Source: the human T2T-CHM13v2.0 reference genome, Homo sapiens. Taken from it: DNA of 64,000 nucleotides. Position numbers and translations under genes: made by a program. The stretch lies in assembly GCF_009914755.1 (NCBI RefSeq), contig NC_060929.1. One strand, 5' to 3'. Below the pieces are notes generated by a model, which did not search any database, was not told the origin of the DNA, and worked only from the letters and a program-made list of their open reading frames with translations. Below are positions 63,807 through 64,000 of this stretch, one piece after another; the first letter of the stretch is position 1, and each line of letters starts with the position of its first letter.

Positions 63807-64000
63807 TTATCCTACCATATTTGCCTGTGTTGCACCTAATTTCTTACAAGTCTTGCAACTAGAATTTCTGAGTAGATATCTGTGTCTATTATGTGTACTC
63901 TTATGGTAGTTCCACTGTCAACCTACTTATTTAATGAAAGCTTTCTACCTTCGTCAAAGGTAATACCACTGAAAAATACACACTGATCTTGGCTTTGTGG

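Overview
Primate (almost certainly human, chr5q32) genomic DNA: low in CpG, dense in Alu/L1, with no prokaryotic features. Two protein-coding genes lie head-to-tail on the minus strand. LARS1 (cytosolic leucyl-tRNA synthetase) has 25 coding exons here (exons 8-32, numbered back from the last exon assuming 32), from 63759 to the stop at 18401. All have GT-AG borders and splice into one open frame; exons 1-7 lie beyond the window. PLAC8L1 has coding exons 1-2 at 8472-8590 and 2438-2574. An antisense RPL35A processed pseudogene sits in the LARS1 intron that splits the KMSKS motif, and its 3' part is tandemly duplicated, apparently by Alu-Alu unequal crossover. Most entries in the supplied ORF track are Alu-derived noise. 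I see no evidence for a new multi-gene system. The best leads are RNA-processing hypotheses: a candidate 12-nt in-frame microexon and a 91-nt cassette exon in the last LARS1 intron, a (TA)10 tract near the branch point of the skippable 213-nt exon 20, and a distal poly(A) signal supplied by an Alu tail. Repeat subfamily names and boundaries are by eye and approximate.
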